From the NCBI GenBank assembly GCA_902594515.1, contig CACJML010000002.1, positions 911 through 64,910 on the forward strand: a DNA stretch of 64,000 bases. The letters are read 5' to 3'. Made by a program: the position numbers and the translations under genes. Position 1 is the stretch's first letter. Each line of letters starts with the position of its first letter. Positions 29,044-38,846 of this stretch are shown here, one piece after another. The DNA comes from an uncultured SAR86 cluster bacterium (lineage in GTDB: Bacteria; Pseudomonadota; Gammaproteobacteria; Magnimaribacterales; D2472). The notes under the pieces were generated by a model that had not been told where the DNA came from, searched no databases, and was given only the letters and a program-made list of their open reading frames with translations.

Positions 29044-30286
29044 AGAGCACCCTCAAGATGACATAAAATAGAATCGTAAAAATTGCTCCAACAGGGATTG
29101 TAATAAGCCAGGACATGAAAATATTAATAACTGATCTCCAGTCTATTTCCTTAACACTATTTGCCAGACCGACTCCTATTACACCCCCTATAAGAGTATG
29201 AGTTGTTGAAATTGGAAACCCTAAATAGGATGCAAAGACAACTGTTGAAGCCGTAGCTATATTTGCACTAAATCCAAATGAAGGGGTGAGTTTTGTTATT
29301 TTCTCTCCAACAGTTTTTATAACTTTATGGCCGTACATAGCTAATCCAGTAACAATTCCTACCCCACCTAGAAGCAAAATTAAAGGTGAAACAGTAGCAT
29401 TTGATTCGATGACGCCACCCGATGAAGCAATTGAGGCTATTGCTGCCAATGGACCGATCGCATTAGCAACATCATTTGATCCATGAGCAAAAGCCATAGC
29501 ACAAGCAGCAACTACCATTAACAACGAAAAAGCTGTTTCAATGCCTGCTTTACTTCCAAAATCTGATGACCTTGATCTTAAGTATAAGAAACTAACAATC
29601 CCAATAACCAAACTTAATATGAGCGAATATTGGATAATCTCACTATTCTCCCAAACAAGCCCAATATGAACTAAGCCCTTTCTAAACGTAACCTGCAAAA
29701 TAACAAAAACAACCAATATCACATATATAGGTATTAAATTAACAGCAGCTTTTGATCTATTTTTGCTATCTATGATTAACATCTTTACTGATTTAAATAT
29801 CAAGAATGCCAACAATGCTGAGATTAACGGTGAAGTAATCCAGCTTGAAGCAATTTCAAATATCTTATCCCAAGAAACTGCACCAGACCCTTTTGTAATT
29901 AAGACAAAACCAACGATTGCCCCAACTATTGAATGAGTTGTAGATACAGGCCAACCATTTCTACTTGCTAACATGAGCCAGCTGCCAGTAGCTAAGAGAG
30001 TAGCCATCATTCCGACAATGAATATATTTACATCATCTTGATATAGTAATGGATCTACGATGCCCTTTCTTATTGTCGAAGTAACCTCACCACCAGCAAG
30101 AAAAGCACCAAGAAATTCAAATATTGCAGCGATAATTACAGCTTGCTTTAGAGTCAGAGCCTTACTACCAACCGAGGTACCCATTGCATTTGCAACATCA
30201 TTGGCTCCAATTCCCCACGCTGCAAAGAAACCTAGTACACAAGCTATTGTCAAGATGATAAATGGAGAAAAGAATAGAGCTTCCAT
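29033..30286 (-). CDS. pitA: inorganic phosphate transporter, PiT family
   Basis: 417 aa. Duplicated GANDVANAMGTSVGS and GSNDVANAIGP signatures. Confidence 0.9.
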   Translation of the reverse strand: MEALFFSPFIILTIACVLGFFAAWGIGANDVANAMGTSVGSKALTLKQAVIIAAIFEFLGAFLAGGEVTSTIRKGIVDPLLYQDDVNIFIVGMMATLLATGSWLMLASRNGWPVSTTHSIVGAIVGFVLITKGSGAVSWDKIFEIASSWITSPLISALLAFLIFKSVKMLIIDSKNRSKAAVNLIPIYVILVVFVILQVTFRKGLVHIGLVWENSEIIQYSLILSLVIGIVSFLYLRSRSSDFGSKAGIETAFSLLMVVAACAMAFAHGSNDVANAIGPLAAIASIASSGGVIESNATVSPLILLLGGVGIVTGLAMYGHKVIKTVGEKITKLTPSFGFSANIATASTVVFASYLGFPISTTHTLIGGVIGVGLANSVKEIDWRSVINIFMSWLITIPVGAIFTILFYVILRVLFGV

Positions 30287-30374
30287 ATCAATTATATTAA
30301 CTGGCTAATATTACAATTAAGTGAAATGATTTAAGGTTAAAGTTTAGCTAAAAATTAGGTTATATAATACAAAA

Positions 30375-31211
30375 ATGCTTCTAAATCTTGACCAAAGAGA
30401 ATATGCAAAACTAAATGATAAAGCCTACGCGCTAGAAAAAAGACGTTTGCAAATTGAGCTTCTTAAACTTCAAGAAGATGTTATTAGAAATAAACGAAGA
30501 ATATGTATTGTTTTTGAGGGAAGAGATACAGCGGGGAAGAGCTCAACAATTAAGTTTTTTGCACAGCATCTTATTCCAAAGAATTTTAATTATGTCCAAC
30601 TAGGAATTCCTACCAAATGGGAATCAGAAAATTGGTTCGAGAGATGGGAGAAAACAATTCCAAAAGAGGGTGAAATTAATTTCCTTGATCGAAGCTGGTA
30701 TACCCGAGCTATAACCGAACCAGTTATGGGTTATTGCACCGAAGATCAATATAGAGACTTCATGGAAAAAGTAACGAACTGGGAGGAAGAACTTATTTAC
30801 TCAGGTGTTGAAATTATTAAATTTTATTTTTCTCTTTCACAAGATCAACAAAAAAGAAGAATGAAAGCTAGAAAAGAATCTGAACTTAAGTATTGGAAGC
30901 TCTCCCCTAATGACGAAAGGATTGTTACAAAATGGGATGCTTTTACACTCTATAAAGAACAAATGTTTGATAAAACCGCTGTTAATTTTTCACCGTGGGT
31001 TGTAATTAATGCAAATAATAAAATGATAGCTAGATTAAGTGCATTAAGGTTTTTGCTTAACCAAGCAAGTTATGAAAACAAGAAACTTTTAAAGCCACTC
31101 GCGTGGAGCAAAAATATTAGCAATTACAAGGTCTCTTTGGAGGGAGTTGAATTTGATAATCTAAATTATGACCAATACATGATTTTAACTAAATATACTG
31201 ACGATATTTAA
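30375..31211 (+). CDS. ppk2: polyphosphate kinase 2 (single-domain PPK2)
   Basis: 278 aa. Walker A FEGRDTAGKSSTIK and the DRSWY motif. Confidence 0.88.
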   Translation: MLLNLDQREYAKLNDKAYALEKRRLQIELLKLQEDVIRNKRRICIVFEGRDTAGKSSTIKFFAQHLIPKNFNYVQLGIPTKWESENWFERWEKTIPKEGEINFLDRSWYTRAITEPVMGYCTEDQYRDFMEKVTNWEEELIYSGVEIIKFYFSLSQDQQKRRMKARKESELKYWKLSPNDERIVTKWDAFTLYKEQMFDKTAVNFSPWVVINANNKMIARLSALRFLLNQASYENKKLLKPLAWSKNISNYKVSLEGVEFDNLNYDQYMILTKYTDDI

Positions 31212-31214
31212 AGA

Positions 31215-32072
31215 ATGAAGATAGCTGCAATTGACATAGGTACAAATGCTGTTAAGTCTAAGATTTTTGATACGTCATCTAACTTAATTTCATTTAGTGA
31301 ATCCATTAGAACGCCAACAAGATTGGGAACAGATGTTTTTGTGGATGGTCAGCTTTCAAACACTAGTATCAAAAAATTAATAACATCACTAAAAAAATAT
31401 CAGAATTACTTTAGCAAGAATGAGATAGAGTTTTATGAAATAGTTGCAACTTCAGCATTTAGAGATACAAAAAACTCTGAAGATGCTAGAAGAGTAGTTG
31501 AAAATGAAATAGAGCATCCAATAAAAGTAATTTCAGGACTTGAAGAAGCAGCCTTAATTGCCCTAAACCCAAAAATTAAAAAAGATGACCCAAAACTTTA
31601 TGCTGACTTAGGTGGAGGAAGTCTAGAATTTTTTTATTATCTTGATGGGAAAAAGAAAATTAAATCTTTTCAGCTAGGCGCCGTAAGAAATATGCTCAGG
31701 AAAGATAAACCTGATGAGTGGAAAAAACTTAATAGTTGGCTTGATAAATTACCTTCTTTTAATTCAGTGGTTGGGATTGGAGGAAATATAAGATCATTTT
31801 TGAATATACATAATCGAGATAAACTTTCAAAAGAAGAGTTTATTAGTCTTAAAGATGAGCTCCACAAATTAACCTTTAGTGAAAAAATTTCAAAATATAA
31901 TCTTTCTGAAGACAGAGCAGATGTTATTGACTATGCAATGAGTATTTATGAATTTGTTCTTAACAGAATAAATGTTGAAAAGATAAAATCTACGAAATGG
32001 GGTGTATCAGATTCAATCGCAGTAAAACTTTATCATGAGATTTACAGCAATCAATTTCAGATAAAAAACTGA
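31215..32072 (+). CDS. ppx: Ppx/GppA-family exopolyphosphatase (short form)
   Basis: 285 aa. IAAIDIGTNAVKSKIF and DLGGGSLEF ASKHA-fold motifs. Confidence 0.78.
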   Translation: MKIAAIDIGTNAVKSKIFDTSSNLISFSESIRTPTRLGTDVFVDGQLSNTSIKKLITSLKKYQNYFSKNEIEFYEIVATSAFRDTKNSEDARRVVENEIEHPIKVISGLEEAALIALNPKIKKDDPKLYADLGGGSLEFFYYLDGKKKIKSFQLGAVRNMLRKDKPDEWKKLNSWLDKLPSFNSVVGIGGNIRSFLNIHNRDKLSKEEFISLKDELHKLTFSEKISKYNLSEDRADVIDYAMSIYEFVLNRINVEKIKSTKWGVSDSIAVKLYHEIYSNQFQIKN

Positions 32073-32097
32073 ATAATAAATTGAAAAAATTCAAGTT

Positions 32098-33852
32098 CTA
32101 GGCACTGTGCACCGTGAACCAAAATCTTGATCCACGATTTTTTCTTGGCATAACCCCAACCTCACCACCTAGTTGATTTATTAGATGCTTTACTATCGCT
32201 AGACCAAGACCACTTCCATCTTTTGATTCTGCCCTGGCTTTGGCAGTTCTGTAAAATCGATTGAATACCAGCATTGATTCATGCTCCTCAATACCTGATC
32301 CAGTATCCATTATTGAAACCTTATAAAAGTTATCTTGTTTTCTTATTTTGATTTCTACTGCAGAATCTGGATTACTGTATTTAATTGAATTCTCAAGTAA
32401 ATTGTTTAATACCTGTTCTAAGGCACCATGATCAGCTTTAACTAATGCATCACCAACATAGTCAAATTTGAATTTAATATTTTTTTCAGCAGCTAGATTG
32501 CTCATAGCTTCAACCACAGAATTAATCTTATTTTTTAAGTCGATCTCTTCAAGGTTAAATTGTTTATCCCCGTACTCAATTCTAGATAAATCTATTAGGT
32601 TGGTCACCATCTCAGTAAGCCTTTCAGAATTATGCAAAATTGCGCTTGTAAATCTTCGCGCATCTTTTGAATTATCTAATGCACCGTCTAAAAGAGTTTC
32701 AGAGTTTGCCCTTATTACGCTAACAGGAGTTCTTAACTCATGAGAGAGATTAGCAACAAAATCCCTTCGCATCGAATCCATATCGCGCAATTGCGTTTCA
32801 TCATGTAAAACCAAGATAAATTCTTTGGTGCCTTTGGCTGTATTCATTTGAGCCAGTATCCATTTATTTCCCATGTTGGACTCAATCTCAAATTCCATTG
32901 CATACTTGCCCTTTTTTTTGGCCTGATCAAACATTAATTTTACGGGCTTTAACTTGATGTCTTTAATATTTACATTTATTAGATCTTCAATTTCAAGAAT
33001 ATTAAGTGATTCATCATTATTAAACGTAACAGTACCCTCCTCATCAAATACAACAATGCCCTGACCCAAGTCATTTAAAACAGAACCAAATTGATTTCTT
33101 TGCTTGGCTAACAATGTCATTTGATTTTTTAGATCTACCGAGATTGAGGATAAACTTCTGGCAACTGAACCAATCTCATCAACACGTTTGGTTGGTAGAG
33201 ATTTAATAGTTTTCTTTTTCAGGTCGCCTGACTCCAGTCTAGAAACGGCACGCTCAAGTTCTAAAAAATTTTCTCGTGTATAGTTTCCAGCAATAATGCC
33301 TGCCAATATTGAACCGATTAAAGCAACTACTAAAATTAAAATAACTGATGTATTCAGGGATCTGAATGCTTGATCAAAATAATTATACGGAACAGCTAAT
33401 CTAATAACCCCTTGTTGAGTTGAGGATGGATCAACAATCGCAAAGTAAAGCATTTCCTGCTGAATGGTATCGCTAAACCTCCTACTCCATCCCATCCCAT
33501 TATTCTGAGCATCGATGACCTCAGGCCTATTGGAATGATTATCAATCTGATCCAAGTCATCAACTTCTATATTTGAATCACTTATAACTACCCCAGAAGA
33601 ATTAATTAAAGTGATTCTAGCTTGTGATGCCTCAGCAAGAACATTGGTTTCATCTTTAAGAGAGTTCAAATCATCATATTGAGACAACGGACCTAGAGAT
33701 GATTGAATGATTTGGCCTTGTTTTTGAAGCTCAATCTGAATTTGATCTTGTAAACTGGCTCCTAAATCTCTCTCTGCAACTATAAAAGCAAATAGTAATC
33801 CTAGAGACAAACAGGACATTACTATAATAAATATCCTTCCTCTAATGCTCAT
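32098..33852 (-). CDS. phoR: phosphate-regulon-type sensor histidine kinase with extracytoplasmic domain
   Basis: 584 aa. TM1, a roughly 140-aa periplasmic segment, TM2, HAMP, PAS, H-box SHELRTP and an ATPase domain (GSGLGLAIVK). Located 5 nt downstream of phoB. Confidence 0.8.
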   Translation of the reverse strand: MSIRGRIFIIVMSCLSLGLLFAFIVAERDLGASLQDQIQIELQKQGQIIQSSLGPLSQYDDLNSLKDETNVLAEASQARITLINSSGVVISDSNIEVDDLDQIDNHSNRPEVIDAQNNGMGWSRRFSDTIQQEMLYFAIVDPSSTQQGVIRLAVPYNYFDQAFRSLNTSVILILVVALIGSILAGIIAGNYTRENFLELERAVSRLESGDLKKKTIKSLPTKRVDEIGSVARSLSSISVDLKNQMTLLAKQRNQFGSVLNDLGQGIVVFDEEGTVTFNNDESLNILEIEDLINVNIKDIKLKPVKLMFDQAKKKGKYAMEFEIESNMGNKWILAQMNTAKGTKEFILVLHDETQLRDMDSMRRDFVANLSHELRTPVSVIRANSETLLDGALDNSKDARRFTSAILHNSERLTEMVTNLIDLSRIEYGDKQFNLEEIDLKNKINSVVEAMSNLAAEKNIKFKFDYVGDALVKADHGALEQVLNNLLENSIKYSNPDSAVEIKIRKQDNFYKVSIMDTGSGIEEHESMLVFNRFYRTAKARAESKDGSGLGLAIVKHLINQLGGEVGVMPRKNRGSRFWFTVHSA

Positions 33853-33857
33853 TTAAA

Positions 33858-34556
33858 CTATTCTGGATTTCTAGAAAAACGATACCCAATACCTCTTATG
33901 GTTTGAATATAGTTTCCCACGGTACCTAATTTTTCTCGTAGTCTTTTGATATGCGTATCTACTGTTCTGGTAGTGACTTCAGAACTATAACCCCAAACAT
34001 CCCCAAGAAGCTGATCCCTGGTTTGCACTCTTCCTCTCCTATCAAGCAGATGCTTGAGCAATCTGAATTCTAAGGCAGTTAAAACAACCTCTTTAGAATC
34101 AATAAATACTTGATGGGCTTCAAGGTTTAACTCTAATCCACCAAAATTATGCGATGAACTATCATCAGGTGGGGTTTCGACAGCTCCTCTTTTTAAGATA
34201 GCCTTAACTCTTAAAACTAACTCTCTCACACTAAATGGCTTCGTGACATAGTCATCCGCGCCGAGCTCAAATCCCACTACCCTATCTACTTCATCTGTTT
34301 TTGCTGTCAGGATTATGACAGGGATATTTTTGGTATCTTCCGCGGATTTAATTTCTCTACAAAAGTCCAGACCAGATCCATCCGGCAACATTAAATCCAA
34401 GATAATTAAATGGGGTTGATTTTGATTCGTTAATGATTTGGCTTCACTAATGGATCCGGCAGTGGCAACATCATATGACTCTTTTGCAAGATTGTATTGC
34501 AAGGTTTTTCTGATATCTGGCTCGTCTTCGACGATAAGGATTTTTATAGCCATCAA
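33858..34556 (-). CDS. phoB: OmpR/PhoB-family response regulator
   Basis: 232 aa. Receiver domain (ILIVEDE...DLMLPDGSG) and winged-helix output (IQTIRGIGYRF). Confidence 0.85.
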   Translation of the reverse strand: MMAIKILIVEDEPDIRKTLQYNLAKESYDVATAGSISEAKSLTNQNQPHLIILDLMLPDGSGLDFCREIKSAEDTKNIPVIILTAKTDEVDRVVGFELGADDYVTKPFSVRELVLRVKAILKRGAVETPPDDSSSHNFGGLELNLEAHQVFIDSKEVVLTALEFRLLKHLLDRRGRVQTRDQLLGDVWGYSSEVTTRTVDTHIKRLREKLGTVGNYIQTIRGIGYRFSRNPE

Positions 34557-34614
34557 TAATAAAAATATTGAATACTTTATACATCAAATAAATAAAACTT
34601 GTAAGTTTATTTGT

Positions 34615-36297
34615 TTACTTTTTCAAGCTTGTAACGAAGTTGTCACGCATCTCAGGTTTTGAAAATTTTCCTGATGCAATTTTAGGTAAGGGTTCATCAA
34701 AAATTATGATGTGCTCAGGTATCTGAAATGCTGCTAGTTTATCGGCTAGGAAACCTTTAATTGCTTGATCATCAATGAGATTAGAATTTTCTGAGTAGAT
34801 CGCGGCACACAAAACTTCTCCGAGGCGTTCATCTGGAATACCGAAGACAGCGACTTCTCTGACTGATTGATGCTCAGCAATTGCCGATTCAACTTCTATA
34901 CAAGATATATTTTCTCCACCGCGAATTACTAAATCCTTTACACGATCCACGATAAAAAGAAAATCATCTTTCATGTAACCCAAGTCACCGGTTTTAAACC
35001 AACCCTCATCATTAAAGACCTCATTGGTTGCATCAGGGTTATCCCAATACCCAATCATATTTGCAGGAGATTTTATTACCACCTCGCCGTGATCTCCTTC
35101 ATTAAGAAAATTCCAATCTTGATCAACAATAGCTATTTCCGTCACTGGTGGCACCGCTCGACCACAACTTGAAGGATATTTTAAATAATCTTCACCTGCA
35201 TTAAGAGTTCCCAAAGCATTGGTTTCTGATAAACCATATCCAATTGAGGGTGTGCCTTCCATTTCATCATTTAACCTTTTTACGTGCTCCGGTGGTCTAG
35301 GAGCTCCTCCACCACTCAAGTCGACCAATGAGCTGAGGTCATATTTTTCCTTGTCAGGATGATTTAAGATGTCCCATGTCTGAGTTGGCACTCCAGTAAT
35401 CGCAGTAATTTTTTCATTTTGAATAAGCTCTAAAGCATGGCCAACATCCCACTTCGACATTAAAACCATTTTTCTTCCTGATAAGACAGACATCAAGAAA
35501 CCTGCGTGAGAACCTGTAACATGAAACAAAGGAACACAATGAAGAATAGATGGAGGATTTTTCTCACTTGCATCTATTTGGTCAGCACTTTTACTATCAT
35601 TAGCCATTTGAGTTCTAATAGTAAAAAAAAGAGCCCAGCTAATCAGTGTTGCAATTATATTTCGATGTGATGATAGAACACCCTTAGGATACCCAGTTGA
35701 TCCAGAGGTATAAAAAATGGTTGCATGATCATCAGTATCAATTTTAATCTCAGGACTTTCATCGGATGCATTAGCGATAAAATCATTAAAATCATCAAAA
35801 TCTGTATTTTCTTCTGGCCTAACGATAAGCTTTAAAATGTCTAAACTTTCAAGGCCTTGTAATCTTTTATAGTCGGCAATGAGCATTTTTGAGCCTGAAT
35901 TTTCAAGACCGTATATCACTTCTTTGGGAACCCACCATGAATTTAAGGGCACCAAGACTAAACCCGCCAACATGCATCCCATGTAAATAACTATATATTC
36001 TGGATTATTTGCCATACAAACTGCTACTCGATCACCCTTTTTTAACCCTGAATTCAATAGTGCATTTGCCGTTTTTTTTGATCTTTGATGTATTTCCTTG
36101 AATGTATATCTTTCTTCATTGAAGACCAACCAATCAGTTTCAGGGTGCAGATATCCAAGCTCAAAATAATCTTTTAGGTTTTTAGGAGCATTTACAAATT
36201 CTTTGTAAGCAATTCCACTTGAATTGGTTATTTCTTTGAATTCAAAAAGTTGTCCAGTTGCGGTAAACTCATTGGAATAATCCTCATAACTTTTCAT
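34615..36297 (-). CDS. fadD: long-chain-fatty-acid--CoA ligase (AMP-dependent synthetase)
   Basis: 560 aa. IFYTSGSTGYPKGV, GYGLSE and TGDLGY motifs. Confidence 0.85.
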   Translation of the reverse strand: MKSYEDYSNEFTATGQLFEFKEITNSSGIAYKEFVNAPKNLKDYFELGYLHPETDWLVFNEERYTFKEIHQRSKKTANALLNSGLKKGDRVAVCMANNPEYIVIYMGCMLAGLVLVPLNSWWVPKEVIYGLENSGSKMLIADYKRLQGLESLDILKLIVRPEENTDFDDFNDFIANASDESPEIKIDTDDHATIFYTSGSTGYPKGVLSSHRNIIATLISWALFFTIRTQMANDSKSADQIDASEKNPPSILHCVPLFHVTGSHAGFLMSVLSGRKMVLMSKWDVGHALELIQNEKITAITGVPTQTWDILNHPDKEKYDLSSLVDLSGGGAPRPPEHVKRLNDEMEGTPSIGYGLSETNALGTLNAGEDYLKYPSSCGRAVPPVTEIAIVDQDWNFLNEGDHGEVVIKSPANMIGYWDNPDATNEVFNDEGWFKTGDLGYMKDDFLFIVDRVKDLVIRGGENISCIEVESAIAEHQSVREVAVFGIPDERLGEVLCAAIYSENSNLIDDQAIKGFLADKLAAFQIPEHIIIFDEPLPKIASGKFSKPEMRDNFVTSLKK

Positions 36298-38829
36298 ATG
36301 GAATCTAATAATAAAACATTAAATACAAACTACAATTTTTTAATTCATATTTTAATTGCGGCTCTTTTCGTTGTTTTAATTGGATGCTCAGGTGGTGGTG
36401 GATCAAGTGGAGGAAGCCCTCAAAGTCCTAACCCTTCAACTCCATCAAATCCTACTCCATCAGATCCTGCGCCTAGTCCTAATCCTGATCCTGATCCTGC
36501 ACCCTCACAATCGTTTGATGAATTGGTATCTCTGTATGAAGGTAATGAAGAGTATCAAGACCAATGGGGCTTAGCTGCTATCAATGCGTCATCTGCCTAT
36601 GCCCGTGGTGCTACAGGTAAAGGAATAGTTATTGGTATTACAGATTCTGGCCTTGATACATCTCATGATGAAATATCCTACTCAAGAGTTCTTCCAGAAA
36701 GCAATCTTACCTATAGTAATTATGATCCAACTACCTCACAACAACGACATGGAACAATGGTAGCTTCGGTTGCTGCAGGTACACTATCTCAATCAAATAG
36801 CTCTTCGATGCACGGAGTAGCATTTGATTCGGAAATATTATTTACTGCAATTCAGCTAGCAGAACCAGATGATAATTATGATCCTGTTGACCTAGGTGAT
36901 ACTGATACATCTCCGGGTGAAGTAAACGAGGATTTCACCGGAATAGATAATTTTTTCAGCAGTTTATTTGAAATCTATAACGTGGCGGAAGTTGATATAG
37001 TTAATAATAGCTATGGCTATTCAGGTAATGTTATTGATTACACGGAATCTCAAATTAGAAGCTCCTTCCCAAAAACTATTGAAGAGATGGCACAAACAAG
37101 TACTCCTGATTCTGAAAAAACAATCTATGTTTGGGCTGCAGGCAACGCAGGCTCGTATGCAGATGATGGAGTGGATTTTTCTAGCCCTGAATTATTACCG
37201 GGCATGTCCGTATACATTCCGGAAATACAAAATCATTCAATTGCTGTGGTTTCAATAAATGAAAATGGTGAAATATCTGATTTCTCGAATCTTTGTGGAA
37301 TTGCAGCTGATTTTTGTATTGCTGCTCCAGGAGAAGACATAACAGTTGCATATCCAGTTACTAATACAGATCAAGGAATATACGATGATGGTGTATATTC
37401 CTGCGAAGCAACTAATAATTGTTTTGCAGTGGCTAATGGAACTTCTTTTGCATCGCCTTTTGTGGCTGGCGGTCTGGCAGTAATAGCAGAATACTTTGAT
37501 GGTCAATTAGGCTCTACAGAGATTGTTCAGAGAATGTTTGCAACTGCAAATAAATCTGGTATTTACGCAAATAAAGAAATCTATGGTCAAGGCTTGCTAG
37601 ATCTTAATGCAGCTACAGCACCTGTAGGAGAGTTATCAGCTTCTTCCTCTTTATTAGATTCTTCTAAAATTCCCTTGGCAAACAATCTTCTAAATATTTC
37701 AAATATATCGATATCAGAAGCGATAACTTCAAGTGCAAAAGATATCTCTTTTATTGTTTTTGATGAACTTAATGCTCCGTTCAGAGTTCCACTTTCATCT
37801 CTGATGCACAATGAGGTTTTAAATTCTTCCATTAATAGTTTTAATTCATCAAACCTTAAGACTTCTTCTCATGCAGAGAAAACCAAAAATGGTGTGTTAA
37901 GAATCCAATATAAAGAAAGTAAGTTTAATAATTCTTTTCATAATTATAATCCTCTGCAGGAGGCCCTAATTGAGCAATCTCAGGCTTTTTCATATAACTC
38001 TGATCAAAATAATTTCTACCTTTCATCAGGAATGAATTTCGATTCACATAGCGGTCTGAAATCAAAAAAAGAATTTCAAAACAACTATACTTTAAAAACT
38101 TTGATTATGAACCCATGGGCAGGTTTTACTGAAAAAGGTTTAAGTTTTGGAAGAACATTTTTTTATAAAAATTACTCAATTGATGTAGTTAATTCTGTGG
38201 GTAAAAATAAAAAAATTAATCCTTTTGCAAATTCATCATCTTCAAATCATACCCTGATGTTTGATGTATCAAATCCATCAAAAACAGTTAGTTTTCAATA
38301 CGGTGTTCTAAAAGAGAAAGATGGTGTTAACGGCTTGACAGGATCAGGAATATTTAACACCCAAAAAAATTCCTTTACTAAATTTTCGGGATTAAGTTTT
38401 GCTAAACGGACTTCATTAGGTTTATTTGTCGGTAGCATTTATCAAGGTAATAATCCTGGAAGAAATAATACCGCTATTTTTTCAAATTTCAGCAAGACTA
38501 AATCTGAAGCATATAGTTTTGGGTTTCAACCACTTTTGGAAAGTAACCACAAACTAGTGTTTTCTGTATCTCAACCGTTAAAAGTTACCAGAGGTTTTGT
38601 TGATCTTGAGTTACCATCTCGAAGAACCAAAAACAAAGAATTATTATTTTCAAATCATCGCCTAGATTTAAGTTCAAAGTCGACGGAAATCAATTCAAAA
38701 ATTTCCTATGAGCTCTCTTCATCAATGGGAAGGTTTGGTGCGATTCTTGGTTATAAGGTAAATCCATATCATTCAGATTTTTATAATGATTACTGGTATG
38801 CGAGCCTCACCTACTCTAAGTCCTATTAA
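36298..38829 (+). CDS. S8 subtilisin-like serine protease lipoprotein with C-terminal beta-barrel (autotransporter-like)
   Basis: Lipobox LIGC. Gly-rich then Pro-rich linker (SPQSPNPSTPSNPTPSDPAPSPNPDPDPAPS). Catalytic triad motifs GITDSGLD, HGTMVAS and GTSFASP. The C-terminal roughly 300 aa are Ser/Asn/aromatic-rich with alternating beta-strand pattern, ending ASLTYSKSY. Start at ATG 36298. Confidence 0.8.
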   Translation: MESNNKTLNTNYNFLIHILIAALFVVLIGCSGGGGSSGGSPQSPNPSTPSNPTPSDPAPSPNPDPDPAPSQSFDELVSLYEGNEEYQDQWGLAAINASSAYARGATGKGIVIGITDSGLDTSHDEISYSRVLPESNLTYSNYDPTTSQQRHGTMVASVAAGTLSQSNSSSMHGVAFDSEILFTAIQLAEPDDNYDPVDLGDTDTSPGEVNEDFTGIDNFFSSLFEIYNVAEVDIVNNSYGYSGNVIDYTESQIRSSFPKTIEEMAQTSTPDSEKTIYVWAAGNAGSYADDGVDFSSPELLPGMSVYIPEIQNHSIAVVSINENGEISDFSNLCGIAADFCIAAPGEDITVAYPVTNTDQGIYDDGVYSCEATNNCFAVANGTSFASPFVAGGLAVIAEYFDGQLGSTEIVQRMFATANKSGIYANKEIYGQGLLDLNAATAPVGELSASSSLLDSSKIPLANNLLNISNISISEAITSSAKDISFIVFDELNAPFRVPLSSLMHNEVLNSSINSFNSSNLKTSSHAEKTKNGVLRIQYKESKFNNSFHNYNPLQEALIEQSQAFSYNSDQNNFYLSSGMNFDSHSGLKSKKEFQNNYTLKTLIMNPWAGFTEKGLSFGRTFFYKNYSIDVVNSVGKNKKINPFANSSSSNHTLMFDVSNPSKTVSFQYGVLKEKDGVNGLTGSGIFNTQKNSFTKFSGLSFAKRTSLGLFVGSIYQGNNPGRNNTAIFSNFSKTKSEAYSFGFQPLLESNHKLVFSVSQPLKVTRGFVDLELPSRRTKNKELLFSNHRLDLSSKSTEINSKISYELSSSMGRFGAILGYKVNPYHSDFYNDYWYASLTYSKSY

Positions 38830-38846
38830 TTCTAAATGGGGGAGTC

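Noticed and set aside
34629-34646. TTGTAAC-N4-TTGTCAC, an 11-bp phased Pho-box-like pair near phoB.
   Set aside because: It lies inside the 3' end of fadD and points away from phoB (wrong strand). It shows that such phased motifs can arise by chance in this AT-rich DNA.
36484-36499. Short tandem CCTGAT repeats in the subtilase linker.
   Set aside because: This is simply the coding of a PDPDP stretch. There are too few units to suggest phase variation.
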